Part shown: positions 19,253 to 29,254 of the stretch, piece after piece | Numbering within the stretch: position 1 is the stretch's first letter | How the letters are laid out: every line of letters begins with the position of its first letter | NCBI GenBank assembly: GCA_010029825.1 | Contig: RGVZ01000003.1 | Coordinates: forward strand, 67 to 64,066 | DNA length: 64,000 nt | Direction of reading: 5' to 3' | Origin: a bacterium | GTDB lineage: Bacteria > Bdellovibrionota_B > Oligoflexia > Oligoflexales > RGVZ01 | Notes under the pieces: model-generated | The model's database searches: none | Told to the model about the DNA's origin: nothing | The model's input: only the letters and a program-made list of their open reading frames with translations | Program-made: the position numbers and the translations under genes

Positions 19253-19602
19253 ATGATGTCGCGAAAAGGCCATCGGTGGTGTTCATGCCTTCCGGGGCGC
19301 GTGCCGAAGTCGACAGCGGGACCAAGATCCTTGTCGCGGCCCGCCAGGCAGGCGTTCCGATCCGGTTCATGTGCGCCTCGCTCCGTTGCGGAACTTGTGG
19401 TGTCAAGGTGGACGCGTCCCATGGTTCTGTCAGCCCGCAAAGCGAGGATGAATTGGCCATGTTGCGCCGTCTGAAACTTTCCCTCGATGGTTCGATCCGG
19501 ATGGCTTGCCGCACTCGCGTTGAAAGTGGTCAAATAGTGGTGGATCTTGATTTCCAGGATTCATACGACCCTTCTGACAACGCGGATTTCGAGGATGCCT
19601 GA
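19249..19602 (+). CDS. 2Fe-2S ferredoxin
   Basis: CASLRCGTC...RMAC. Confidence 0.85.
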   Translation: MNDVAKRPSVVFMPSGARAEVDSGTKILVAARQAGVPIRFMCASLRCGTCGVKVDASHGSVSPQSEDELAMLRRLKLSLDGSIRMACRTRVESGQIVVDLDFQDSYDPSDNADFEDA

Positions 19603-21373
19603 AGATATTTCCCGTTTCCCTGTCGACCATGAAACCTCTTCCCGTCACCTTCGTTGGTTGACGGGATCTGTTCTTGGCGTCTCTGTCCTTTCGATGGCGA
19701 TCGCCCTCTGGCGCGAATCCCAGGTTCCATCCCCGCTCATGCTGGATGTGTTCGATTCGCAATTCATCGACCAGGAGATCCCGGCCGCGTTGGCTTGCGC
19801 GCTGATCGCCGTCGCCGCGTGGTTCATTTGTCAGCGGACGGGGCTTGACCGTCAGCAGGAAGATCTCGTCTCGAAGTGGAAATACAAATGGGTTTTTGCC
19901 GGGGTCGTGACGCTGGTCTGCGTCATCGGCAGCCTCAACGTCTATCGCATGGCGTCAATCTCTGGCGATGAGTACGCCAACGTCACGCAGACAAGGATTT
20001 TCGCGCGGGGATCCATGACCGGGCAATGGCCTTCGTGGATGGCGCCGCGCATGGCGCCCGCGGAACTCGCCAACAGGATCCTGGTCGCGGATGACGGAAG
20101 TGGTCGTGTCATCACCAGTTACCAGCCGGTTTTCGCCCTGATATCAGCGCCATTTCAGCGTGCCCGCATGCGTTTCCTCGTCAACCCCCTGATCGCGGGT
20201 GCCGTCATCGCGCTGACGGGTGCCTGCGCGTGGCAACTGCTGGCCACTGACTGGATTGCCGGACTCGCGATGATGATGATGGCTGGCAGCGTCTCGGTCG
20301 AGGGTTTCGGGATGGCCGGTTTCGCGACCAACTTTGTGTTGCTCATGCACCTCGCTTTTGCCTGGTTTTTCATCCGTGGATTGCGGCGGGAAAGTCGCGT
20401 CTCGATGGCGCTGGCTGGCATTGCCGGCGCCATGGCGATGCATACGGCGAACCAGATGAGCCACTTGCTGCTGGCCGTACCGGCGTTTGTCGTTCTTCTC
20501 GGTGCCCGCAGGTGGCGCGATGCCCTGTGGCTCGCCGTTCCCTATGTCCCGTTCGTTATCGTGTTCACCTTCGGATGGACCGGTTTCGTGCAGGGCCTGT
20601 CCCATTCCCACCGTCAGGAAGTCAGCCCGGGACTGGCGCCGTCCCTGACAGAGCTTTCGTGGCTGGCGCGGCACCTGCGTATTCCGACATTCCGCCAGGT
20701 CCTGCAGGACGTCATGAGTATCCTGCGGTTTTTTCAATGGGCTGTGCCGGGCCTTGCCGGGTTGTTGATCTTGTGGTTCAGAAATCGCGGTCAGTCCGCA
20801 TCAAGTGATGATCCGCGTGATCACGCGGCAACCAGCCTGTTCATGACGGTTTCCGCGTCCGCGCTGGCGTGCGCGACCGTGTTCTATTTTTTCTTTCCGC
20901 TGAACCAGGGGCACGGTTGGGGATACCGTTACCTGCAACCCTTCCTCGGGTTCGCGGTCCTTTCCGGTCTGGCTTTTGCGCGCGCAGCCGGACCAACGTC
21001 CCGCGTCGTGACGTGGTTGTTGTTGTCGTCCTTCATGTCGGTCGCGATCCTCTTGCCGCTGCGCATCAGCCAGATTTCAGGGTTTGTCGCCGAACGCCTC
21101 GCCCTGCTGCCTTGTTTGCCGGAGGACATGGCCCAGGTGTGCTTTGTCGATACGACGAGGATTTACTGGGGCCCGGACCTGATCCAGAACGACCCGTTCC
21201 TGGGTGATGCCTCTGTGACGGATTCCTTTCCGCCCGGTTCCTTGAAAAGCCGCGTGATCCTGAAGGCATCAGATGACGTCTCAAACGAGGAATTCATCCG
21301 CGCGCGGTTTCCAGGGCTCCGGCGGGAACCGCGCGAGGGCCTGCCCGGCGCCGGAAGTATCTGGGTTCCCTAG
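19595..21373 (+). CDS. Polytopic membrane protein, probable GT-C glycosyltransferase
   Basis: More than 10 TM helices; DE motif in the first loop (GDEYAN); late GWGYRY motif. Confidence 0.6.
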   Translation: MPEDISRFPVDHETSSRHLRWLTGSVLGVSVLSMAIALWRESQVPSPLMLDVFDSQFIDQEIPAALACALIAVAAWFICQRTGLDRQQEDLVSKWKYKWVFAGVVTLVCVIGSLNVYRMASISGDEYANVTQTRIFARGSMTGQWPSWMAPRMAPAELANRILVADDGSGRVITSYQPVFALISAPFQRARMRFLVNPLIAGAVIALTGACAWQLLATDWIAGLAMMMMAGSVSVEGFGMAGFATNFVLLMHLAFAWFFIRGLRRESRVSMALAGIAGAMAMHTANQMSHLLLAVPAFVVLLGARRWRDALWLAVPYVPFVIVFTFGWTGFVQGLSHSHRQEVSPGLAPSLTELSWLARHLRIPTFRQVLQDVMSILRFFQWAVPGLAGLLILWFRNRGQSASSDDPRDHAATSLFMTVSASALACATVFYFFFPLNQGHGWGYRYLQPFLGFAVLSGLAFARAAGPTSRVVTWLLLSSFMSVAILLPLRISQISGFVAERLALLPCLPEDMAQVCFVDTTRIYWGPDLIQNDPFLGDASVTDSFPPGSLKSRVILKASDDVSNEEFIRARFPGLRREPREGLPGAGSIWVP

Positions 21374-22206
21374 GACAAGAACCGCGCGAGTTCGGCGAAC
21401 TCGTCGAGAGTGAGTGTTTCCGGGCGACGGTTCAGGTCGACCGGGCAATCGGCCTCGTTGCGTCCTGACAAGAACGGTTTGACGGCATTGCGCAGTTTTT
21501 TGCGGCGCTGATGAAACGCCGCGCGCGCGACCGACTCGATTTTTTTCAACATTTCCGGCGCTGGCTGGTCCATGCGCGGTTCCATCACCACGATGGCACT
21601 GTCAACTTTCGGGACAGGCGTAAAGAATTCGCGGCCAACTTCGCAGTCGAGGCGCGTGTTGGCGCGCAACTGCGTGTAGACGCTGAGGCTGCCGTAGTCC
21701 TTGGTGCTGGGTTTGGCCGCCAGGCGCTCCGCGAACTCAAGTTGCACCAGGAATGTCGCACCGGCCAGGCGGTTCAGGTGTGGCAAGACCCACATCACGA
21801 TGGGAGACGAGATGTTGTACGGAATGTTTCCGACGACCGCGGCGCGCTTGCCTGATTTCGTGACACGGTCAATCCAGGCGCCAAGGTCAAATTCAAGGAC
21901 GTCTTGATTGACGACTTCGACTCCCGGAATGGCCGCGTTCGCGACCCGCTCGGCGAAACGGTCGTCCTTCTCGATCGCGGTCGTGTCGATGCCAGCATTG
22001 GAAAGGGCGTTGGTCAGGATGGCCCCGCCCGGTCCGATCTCGATCACCTCGGTCGCTTTCCAGTCCTGGACGATTTCCACCACGCGTCGCACCGGCCAGT
22101 CATCGTGCAGGAAAACCTGGCCGAGGGATTTCTTCTGGCGTGGCTGGCTGTCGTCAAATTTCTGTTTATGTCGCGTGTGTTTCAAACGGGTACCTCGCGT
22201 AGACAT
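21370..22206 (-). CDS. rsmA: 16S rRNA m6,2A dimethyltransferase
   Basis: KKSLGQ.FL, EIGPG, GNIPYNISS and PVPKVDS. Confidence 0.95.
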   Translation of the reverse strand: MSTRGTRLKHTRHKQKFDDSQPRQKKSLGQVFLHDDWPVRRVVEIVQDWKATEVIEIGPGGAILTNALSNAGIDTTAIEKDDRFAERVANAAIPGVEVVNQDVLEFDLGAWIDRVTKSGKRAAVVGNIPYNISSPIVMWVLPHLNRLAGATFLVQLEFAERLAAKPSTKDYGSLSVYTQLRANTRLDCEVGREFFTPVPKVDSAIVVMEPRMDQPAPEMLKKIESVARAAFHQRRKKLRNAVKPFLSGRNEADCPVDLNRRPETLTLDEFAELARFLS

Positions 22207-23206
22207 CCCAGGCGAGGTCCAGGAACGCCCCGGCCCCGCGCTCTTTCAACATGTGCCAGCCCAGGGCCGCGATCATTGCCGCGTTATCGGAGCAGTAGGC
22301 GAGGTCGGGAAAGTGGCACTCAATCTTGCGCGGAGCGAACGTCGCCTGCGCCATCTCGCGGAATTTTTTGTTCGCGGCGACACCTCCGGCCACGACGATG
22401 CCACGGATTTGCGGATGTTGTGTCCGCGCGATGTCCAGTTTGCGGATGATCTGGTTGAACGCCTCGCGCTGGAACGCCGCGCACATGTCGTTGACCATCT
22501 GTTCCGGGATGGGTTGTGTCTGGCGCGCGATCATCTGGGCCATGTGTGTTTTCAGGCCGGAATAACTGAACTCCATCCGCGACTTGCGTTCCACCATACG
22601 CGGCATCGGGATCGCATCGGGGTCGCCGTGGGCGGCACGCTTTTCGATCCATGGTCCACCTGGATATGGCAGGCCCAGCAATTTGCCGACCTTGTCCAGG
22701 CACTCGCCACACGCGTCGTCCGCCGTGTGGGCGATCAGTTTGAACTTCAGCGGACTTTCGACGAGGTACATGTTCGTATGGCCACCAGAGACCACGAGGG
22801 CAAGGCAAGGCAAGATTGATTCCGCGACGCTGTCGCTCAGGCCGAGGAGCGCGCCGTGGATGTGCGCGTGCACGTGATCCACGGGGATCAAGGGTTTGTT
22901 GTTCGCCACGGCAAGGCCCTTGGCGAATGACACGCCAACCAGCAAGGCGCCAACAAGGCCCGGGCCCTGGGTCACGGCAATGGCGTCAAGGTCGCCGATC
23001 TTGATTCCAGATTCGGAGAGGGCCGCGTCGAAAAGTGGCTGGATGGCGTTAAGGTGCTCGCGCGCGGCGATCTCGGGAACAACCCCGCCAAACGGGGCGT
23101 GGCGCGCGATCTGGGACGAGATTTTGGACGACAGGACCTGTCGGCCGTCCCTCAAGACGGCGACGGCGGTCTCGTCGCAACTGGATTCAATACCGATGAT
23201 CAACAT
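22166..23206 (-). CDS. tsaD: tRNA N6-adenosine threonylcarbamoyltransferase
   Basis: GIESSCDET, GGVVPEIAAREH, VSGGHT, FSYSGLKT and DNAAMIA. Confidence 0.97.
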   Translation of the reverse strand: MLIIGIESSCDETAVAVLRDGRQVLSSKISSQIARHAPFGGVVPEIAAREHLNAIQPLFDAALSESGIKIGDLDAIAVTQGPGLVGALLVGVSFAKGLAVANNKPLIPVDHVHAHIHGALLGLSDSVAESILPCLALVVSGGHTNMYLVESPLKFKLIAHTADDACGECLDKVGKLLGLPYPGGPWIEKRAAHGDPDAIPMPRMVERKSRMEFSYSGLKTHMAQMIARQTQPIPEQMVNDMCAAFQREAFNQIIRKLDIARTQHPQIRGIVVAGGVAANKKFREMAQATFAPRKIECHFPDLAYCSDNAAMIAALGWHMLKERGAGAFLDLAWDVYARYPFETHAT

Positions 23207-23214
23207 CGGTACGG

Positions 23215-24222
23215 TTAATGGCCTGCCCGCGAGGATTTGCCAAGATCTTTCAGGCGGTCTTTGGCTTTATTGGCCTCGGGGCTTTTCGGGTGCTTGGTGA
23301 TCAGCTCCTGATAATAGAGTTTGGCGGTGGCCGGATCCCCGAGATTGCGGAAGGCGTCTCCCATCCGCAGGCGCGCCTGGGGCAGGTACTTCGCGGTTGG
23401 CTTGCTGTCGATGAACTCATTGAACTGCAGGGCGGCTTCGCGCATTTGCCCCACCTTGTAAAGGGATTCGGCGTACAGGAACGCGATCTCCTCGCGGTCT
23501 TTTGCCTTTGTCGTCGCCTTGAGCGCCGCCGGGGCGTCCTCGGCCACACGTTTGAACTGGCGTTTGCCGTAGGCGTCGCGGAAATTCTTCAGTGTCGTCA
23601 GGGTCTTGTCCGACTTGCGCGGGGTTTCCGCGGGTTTGGTCTCTTCACCCGCGGTCGCTGTCTCACGATCCGCGTTTTTCTCCAGCATGGGATCTCCGGC
23701 CTTGTCTGAGCCCCGCGCGGCAGTTGCGCCAGATTTCTCGCCAGATTTCTCGCTATATTTTTCATTATATTTTTCAGGCGTTTTCAGCCTGACGCCTTGT
23801 TTTTCCAGTGACGCGATGACTTCGCCCTGGGTTGCCTCCAGCGCTGCCATTCTCTCGTTTAGCGTCCGGACTTTACCCCCAACCGAGTTGGTCTGGTCAC
23901 CCTCGACCCCGGGCATGAAACCTGTCGTCACGCCAATTTTCAGAGCCTCAAGTTCGCCTTTGATCTGGTTCATCTCCGACGAGATCTTTTCGATGTCCAT
24001 TGCCGTTGACGCCAAACGGCGTTTCGCGGCCTCACCCGCCGGCGTGTTCTCGTCCATCAACGCGCTCTCAAGTTGCATGACCCTTGTTTGAAGGTTGAAA
24101 ATCTCGTCCTTCAATTGGCGTTCCTTGGCTGGCGTGAAGCAGCCGGAAACCGACATCAGGAGAATCAGGCAAGATCCTTGGGTCAACGCTCTCATGGGCA
24201 CGCTCCCGTATTTGACAGACAT
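23215..24222 (-). CDS. cpoB: CpoB/YbgF-like coiled-coil TPR lipoprotein
   Basis: Lipobox VSGC, coiled coil, C-terminal TPRs ending in HPKSPEA. Confidence 0.7.
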   Translation of the reverse strand: MSVKYGSVPMRALTQGSCLILLMSVSGCFTPAKERQLKDEIFNLQTRVMQLESALMDENTPAGEAAKRRLASTAMDIEKISSEMNQIKGELEALKIGVTTGFMPGVEGDQTNSVGGKVRTLNERMAALEATQGEVIASLEKQGVRLKTPEKYNEKYSEKSGEKSGATAARGSDKAGDPMLEKNADRETATAGEETKPAETPRKSDKTLTTLKNFRDAYGKRQFKRVAEDAPAALKATTKAKDREEIAFLYAESLYKVGQMREAALQFNEFIDSKPTAKYLPQARLRMGDAFRNLGDPATAKLYYQELITKHPKSPEANKAKDRLKDLGKSSRAGH

Positions 24223-24324
24223 CCCAACTAAACCCTGTCGGATTCGTTGTTTATCCCTGGTGCTCTATGTTGACCTATTTTGGGTATCGGGCTCAAGTGG
24301 GAGCCTGGGGGGGCAGGGGACGTT

Positions 24325-24642
24325 TCAGGCGGCGGAATCGGCACGCATACGGCGCTTGACGCGGGCTACGACGGTGAAACAACGGCGGGAATCCTGCCGC
24401 CATTTCGCCCCGTAGGACTGCGTCGCGGCCATTCTCGACTCGGGGAAGTTCAAGGCCAGGATGAGCAGCCCCTCGGATTCCCGCATGCGCTCATTGAGCA
24501 GGCTGAGAAACTTTTTCTGGGCCTCGGCGACGCCCGAAGCGCCTTGAGCCTCAGGGGTTCCTTGCGCTGGCGGGGCGACTTCTGTATGGTGGGGCGCATT
24601 CTGGCCGTCTGCCCCTTGAGGTTTGTTGGTATCTTCGGCCAT
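24325..24642 (-). CDS. Hypothetical protein
   Basis: 105-aa ORF filling the gap, with a plausible RBS (GAGG) and codon usage. Confidence 0.6.
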   Translation of the reverse strand: MAEDTNKPQGADGQNAPHHTEVAPPAQGTPEAQGASGVAEAQKKFLSLLNERMRESEGLLILALNFPESRMAATQSYGAKWRQDSRRCFTVVARVKRRMRADSAA

Positions 24643-24810
24643 GACTACATTGCCTCAGGCTTGTGATCTCGAAATTAACCGCCTCCTTTTTTCAATCGGC
24701 AGGTGGCTCGACAAGCTGAGGGGGGCCGTGTTGGCCCCGCAAGGCAGCGCCGGCATACCCGGCCTCGTAAACGGCGTAAGCGCCTGTAATAAAAGAGAAA
24801 AGCTCACAAA

Positions 24811-26592
24811 ATGACTGACAGTTTGAACGAAAACCAGAAGCCCCTCGAAGAACAGATTCCCGAAGAAAAACCTGAACTTGCAACCGAAGTCATCCGGCCC
24901 TCCGACGATTTCGAGGACGAGTCCAGGGTGGTCGCAGCCGACGAGGGCGCATCAGAGAGCCTGACTTCGTTCGCGGAGGCTCCCCTGACCGATTCCTTGC
25001 GGCAGGCGATCGCTGAGCTCGGTTGGAAGCAGCCCACGCCCGTTCAGGGCATGTGTTTACCGCTGACCTTGATTGGCCGCGATGTGGCCGGTTTTGCCCA
25101 GACGGGCACCGGCAAGACGGGAGTTTTCCTGATCTCGACGGCCCAGAGGATCCTCGAGCACCGGGCGACCGGGGGCGGCAGTCCAACTGCCGGCGGCGCG
25201 GCCCACCCGTTGGCGCTGGTCCTCGCGCCAACCCGCGAACTTGCCATGCAGATCGAGCAGGACGCGCAAAACCTGTTTGGACGCCTCGGGATCAGTTCGA
25301 TCGCCGTATTCGGCGGTATCGATTACGACAAACAGGCAAAACGCCTGAAAGAGGGCGTCGACGTGATCATCGCGACGCCGGGACGGCTGAAGGATTATTT
25401 CGAGAAGAAACTGATCCGCCTGGAGCAGTGCAAGATCTTTGTCTGCGACGAAGCCGACCGCATGTTCGACATGGGTTTCATCGAGGACGTCGAGTTCTTC
25501 CTCGGGAAACTGCCAGAGGACGTCCAGAAACTTCTGTTCTCGGCGACGACCAATGACGAGGTCAAGGAACTGGCCTTTGAGTACCTGGACAAGCCGGCCT
25601 ACATTTCCGTGAATCCGGAAACGCTGACGCCCGAGAACATCGAGCAGCATGCCATTATCGTCGACGCGCCGAACAAGTTGAAGGTCATGCTGGGGATGTT
25701 GCGCGAGCACAAACCGACCTGTTGCATCATCTTCACCAACACGAAACTCACGGCCGAGTGGTTGCACTACAAGTTGAGCCACAACGGCGTCGATGTCGAC
25801 TTGATCACCGGCGACTTGCCACAGCGCAAGCGCATCCAGCTCATCCACAAGATCAAGGAAGGCAAGGTCAAGGCCCTGATCGCGACGGACGTCGCCAGTC
25901 GCGGCCTGCACATCTCGCGCATCACGCACGTATACAACTTCGACCTGCCGCAAGAGCCGGCCAACTACGTCCACCGGATCGGCCGGACGGCACGCGCCGG
26001 CGCGAAGGGCAGCTCCTTCTCGCTGATCTGTGATGACTACGGTGAGAATTTCGCGCCGATCAAGGACCTGCTCGGTGAGCAGTTCCCGGTCAAGTCCAAG
26101 TGGTACGATACGGCCTACGACAGCGTCGTTGACGAAGCCGGCAACCCGTTCGAAGAACGGATCCGCGCGTGGAAGGAAATGAAGGCATCCCGTTCATCGG
26201 CAGGTCGTTCGGGCGCCACGCGCCATGGCGACCGCGGGCCGCGTCGTGATGGGCGCCCCGGCGGCGAACGTCCACAGCACGCGCGTCGTGATGGCCAGCA
26301 ACCGCGCAGGCATGAAGGACAGCAAATGCGCCACGATGGGCAGCAGCGCCCTCAGCGCCATGATCATCAGCATCGCGACCGCAACCGCGGCGGGGAGCGC
26401 CGTCATGACCGCCATGGCGAACCGCGCCATGAGCGTCATCATGAGCGTGACCACAATCGCGGACGCGATCGCGGCCATCACCAGGGTGCGCCCATGCGCC
26501 ACGACCAACCGCAAGTCGCGGCCCAGAAGCCCCAGGACAACTCAGTTGTGGGTCTGGTCAAGAAGATGTTCCGCGTTTTGTTTGGCGGCTGA
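24811..26592 (+). CDS. DEAD-box RNA helicase (RhlB-like) with R/H/D/Q-rich tail
   Basis: AQTGTGKT, PTRELA, DEAD, SAT, ATDVASRG and HRIGRTAR. Confidence 0.95.
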   Translation: MTDSLNENQKPLEEQIPEEKPELATEVIRPSDDFEDESRVVAADEGASESLTSFAEAPLTDSLRQAIAELGWKQPTPVQGMCLPLTLIGRDVAGFAQTGTGKTGVFLISTAQRILEHRATGGGSPTAGGAAHPLALVLAPTRELAMQIEQDAQNLFGRLGISSIAVFGGIDYDKQAKRLKEGVDVIIATPGRLKDYFEKKLIRLEQCKIFVCDEADRMFDMGFIEDVEFFLGKLPEDVQKLLFSATTNDEVKELAFEYLDKPAYISVNPETLTPENIEQHAIIVDAPNKLKVMLGMLREHKPTCCIIFTNTKLTAEWLHYKLSHNGVDVDLITGDLPQRKRIQLIHKIKEGKVKALIATDVASRGLHISRITHVYNFDLPQEPANYVHRIGRTARAGAKGSSFSLICDDYGENFAPIKDLLGEQFPVKSKWYDTAYDSVVDEAGNPFEERIRAWKEMKASRSSAGRSGATRHGDRGPRRDGRPGGERPQHARRDGQQPRRHEGQQMRHDGQQRPQRHDHQHRDRNRGGERRHDRHGEPRHERHHERDHNRGRDRGHHQGAPMRHDQPQVAAQKPQDNSVVGLVKKMFRVLFGG

Positions 26593-26593
26593 A

Positions 26594-28501
26594 TCAAATA
26601 AAGACGGTTTCGATGATCGTCAGGATGATTCCGATGATGGAACCACCGGCGATGATCCCGGCACAGACTGTTTCCTGATTGTCGACGAAGATCTTGCGCA
26701 TGGTCTTCGCGTTGTTGCTTTCGCCTTTCACCGGTGTCTCGTAAGACCGGTGCAGTGCCCAGAACAGGAAGGCACCGAGCGACATGGCCCACGAGTCGCT
26801 GAATCGCAGGACGCAAGCCAGGCCAAGCCCCATGGCCGAGATGGGGAACTTGCCCTTCATCTTCACGTTCATGAATTCGATCAAGACACCGAGGACGGCG
26901 CCGACCAGGGCCGCCTTCTGCGCGGTCGGGTGCAGCGACGACAATCCCCGGGTCAGGACTTCGGCGACCGCCTTCCAGATCTGGGCACCCGGCATCGGCA
27001 TCGCCTCGGAGGTGATCTTGCTGATGTTGTTCTGCAGCAGGAGGTAGAACACCGGGACGGCCGCGAACGCGCCGGCGAAGATGCCCAGGACGTGACCGAT
27101 GGCCTGTTGGCGCGGCTTGCCACCCAACATATAGCCCGGCTTGATGTCCATGAGCAGGTTGCTGGCGTTGCCGGCGACCTCACCGGTGATGCCGGCGGTC
27201 ATGATGTTGGTTTGCATGTTGCCGGGGGCCAGAACACTGAAGCTCAGTTGAGTCAATTTCCCGAGGGCGCCCGTCGGGGTGATGCTCGTCAGGCCAGTTG
27301 AATTGACGGCGATCAGGGTGAAGATGAAGACCATCGGGATGGCCAGCACACCCAACCAGTACTCGATACCGAACAGTTCATGGCCGACGATCACGGTAAG
27401 GGCGCCGAGCACTGGAATGCCGATCGCGAAGACGGACATCGGCAACTCAATGTCCTTGAGGATGTCCTCGTCTTTTTTCTTTTTCTTGCCCGGCACAAGG
27501 AGGGCCATGGCCTGAAGCAGCATCTTCGGTTTCGAGAAGAACGCGAACAGGGATGAGGTCGTCATGATCGCGACGCCGGGCCACAGCGCCCACATGGTGA
27601 TGTCCTTGAATTTCGGGGACGCGATGATCCCCTGGTCCAGCAGCCACGGGACCAGGATGAAATAGTTGAGGATGGCGCCGAGCAGCATCGACGAACCGGT
27701 CTTCACGCCCATGAGGCCGCCGGTCGCGAGCATGACGATCGAGGTTTCCCAGCGGATGGTCAGGTCCTTGATCGAGGTCCCCATGATCTTCAGGTCAAGG
27801 TTGCTGTTGATCTTGTAAATCAGGTCGTCCCAGTGCTCGGGGATCGCGAGGAACTCCGCGTGCAGCCACTTCATGATCGTGTGGTTGCGCAGGGTCTCCA
27901 TCGTTGCCGACATCAGCGCGCCGATGCCCAGGATCTTGGCCTTGAACAGGCCGTCCTTGCCGTCACCCGTGTGAAGGTTGGCCATGACGATGCCGGCGGC
28001 GCGACCCTCGGGGAACGGTAGTTGTTCGTCGTTGATGAAACGTTTTTTCAGCGGGAAGGCGAACAACACGCCGAGGACCGACAGGAGGATGATCCAGATC
28101 ATCGTGTGGTGCATCGGGATCATCTGGTTTGTGACGAGCATGTACGCGCTGATCGACGAGACAAGAGGTCCCGTCATGTATCCTGCCGATGTCGCGATGG
28201 ATTGCATCGCGTTGTTCTCAAGGACGGTGAGTTCCTTGCCGAATTTCATGCGCGACATGAGCTTGAAGAACGTGAACGCCAGGATCACGGATGTGATCCC
28301 GATCCCGAGGGTCCAGCCCGTCTTGATGCCGACGTAAAGGTTGGTCAGGCTCAGCAGTGACCCGATGATCATTCCGGTTATGGCTGAGCGCGCCGTCAGT
28401 TGCGGCATGTCGCCCTGATAAACATTTTTCAGCCACCATTCGTCCTTCTGGCGGAGGGTCATCGAATGGATCTGTTCCTGGGTCAGCTGCTGCAGTTTCA
28501 T
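26594..28501 (-). CDS. OPT family oligopeptide transporter
   Basis: NLYVGIKTG, LENNAMQSIAT and LPFPEG; many TM helices. Confidence 0.92.
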   Translation of the reverse strand: MKLQQLTQEQIHSMTLRQKDEWWLKNVYQGDMPQLTARSAITGMIIGSLLSLTNLYVGIKTGWTLGIGITSVILAFTFFKLMSRMKFGKELTVLENNAMQSIATSAGYMTGPLVSSISAYMLVTNQMIPMHHTMIWIILLSVLGVLFAFPLKKRFINDEQLPFPEGRAAGIVMANLHTGDGKDGLFKAKILGIGALMSATMETLRNHTIMKWLHAEFLAIPEHWDDLIYKINSNLDLKIMGTSIKDLTIRWETSIVMLATGGLMGVKTGSSMLLGAILNYFILVPWLLDQGIIASPKFKDITMWALWPGVAIMTTSSLFAFFSKPKMLLQAMALLVPGKKKKKDEDILKDIELPMSVFAIGIPVLGALTVIVGHELFGIEYWLGVLAIPMVFIFTLIAVNSTGLTSITPTGALGKLTQLSFSVLAPGNMQTNIMTAGITGEVAGNASNLLMDIKPGYMLGGKPRQQAIGHVLGIFAGAFAAVPVFYLLLQNNISKITSEAMPMPGAQIWKAVAEVLTRGLSSLHPTAQKAALVGAVLGVLIEFMNVKMKGKFPISAMGLGLACVLRFSDSWAMSLGAFLFWALHRSYETPVKGESNNAKTMRKIFVDNQETVCAGIIAGGSIIGIILTIIETVFI

Positions 28502-28619
28502 GGCGACAAGGCTCCGGCGATCGGTACGGAATTTCCACTTGAGTCCAATCCGCTGAGAATAGGATGCTTGGACCCCCTGTGACAACAGGGATCGAGCATG
28601 TTAGCAATGCTTTGGGGTT

Positions 28620-29222
28620 TTGGATGTTGTCCTGGATTTTCGGGAGGTGGTGACTGTGCCGGACTTGAAGGACTTGCTTGAGGCGGAAGCTTTGCACATC
28701 CAGCAACTCGATCAGCTGGTCCGGGAATCCGTGGCCGAGGAACAAACCCTGTCGAACCGGTTGGCGGATCTGGAGCGGGATGAGACGCTCACGATGGGAC
28801 AAAGGGTCGCCGACAAGGTCGCGGACTTCGGGGGAAGCTGGACGTTCATCATCAGTTTCGGGTTTTTTGTCGTGATTTGGATCGGGATCAACGCGTTTGC
28901 GCTGGCCGGGACGAACTTCGATCCGTATCCGTTCATCCTGTTGAACTTGATCCTGTCATGCCTTGCCGCGTTGCAAGCCCCGGTCATCATGATGAGCCAG
29001 AACCGGCAGGAGGACAAGGACCGGCAACGCGCGCGATCCGACTTCATGATCAACCTGAAGGCCGAGCTGGAAATCCGCGGGCTGCACCGGAAAATCGATT
29101 TGTTGATCGCGGAGGAGATGCGGACCTTGTTTCAAATCCAGCAGGCGCAAGTCGACATCCTCCTGCAAATCCGGCAAAAACTTGAAACTGACCCCAACGG
29201 CTGGACTTCATCCAGCCGTTAA
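28620..29222 (+). CDS. DUF1003 membrane protein
   Basis: FGGSWTF, FDPYPFILLNL and QAPVIMMSQNRQ; true start probably ~28650-28657. Confidence 0.9.
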   Translation: MDVVLDFREVVTVPDLKDLLEAEALHIQQLDQLVRESVAEEQTLSNRLADLERDETLTMGQRVADKVADFGGSWTFIISFGFFVVIWIGINAFALAGTNFDPYPFILLNLILSCLAALQAPVIMMSQNRQEDKDRQRARSDFMINLKAELEIRGLHRKIDLLIAEEMRTLFQIQQAQVDILLQIRQKLETDPNGWTSSSR

Positions 29223-29254
29223 GCCCTCTCCGTTGAACAGCCGATGGGGGCAGT

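Noticed and set aside
23728-23775. 12-bp repeats (EKYN/EKYS/EKSG) in the cpoB-like gene
   Set aside because: Ordinary slippage in a disordered linker
24660-24810. Possible structured leader upstream of the DEAD-box helicase
   Set aside because: Only short GC hairpins; no recognisable riboswitch or ncRNA motif by eye
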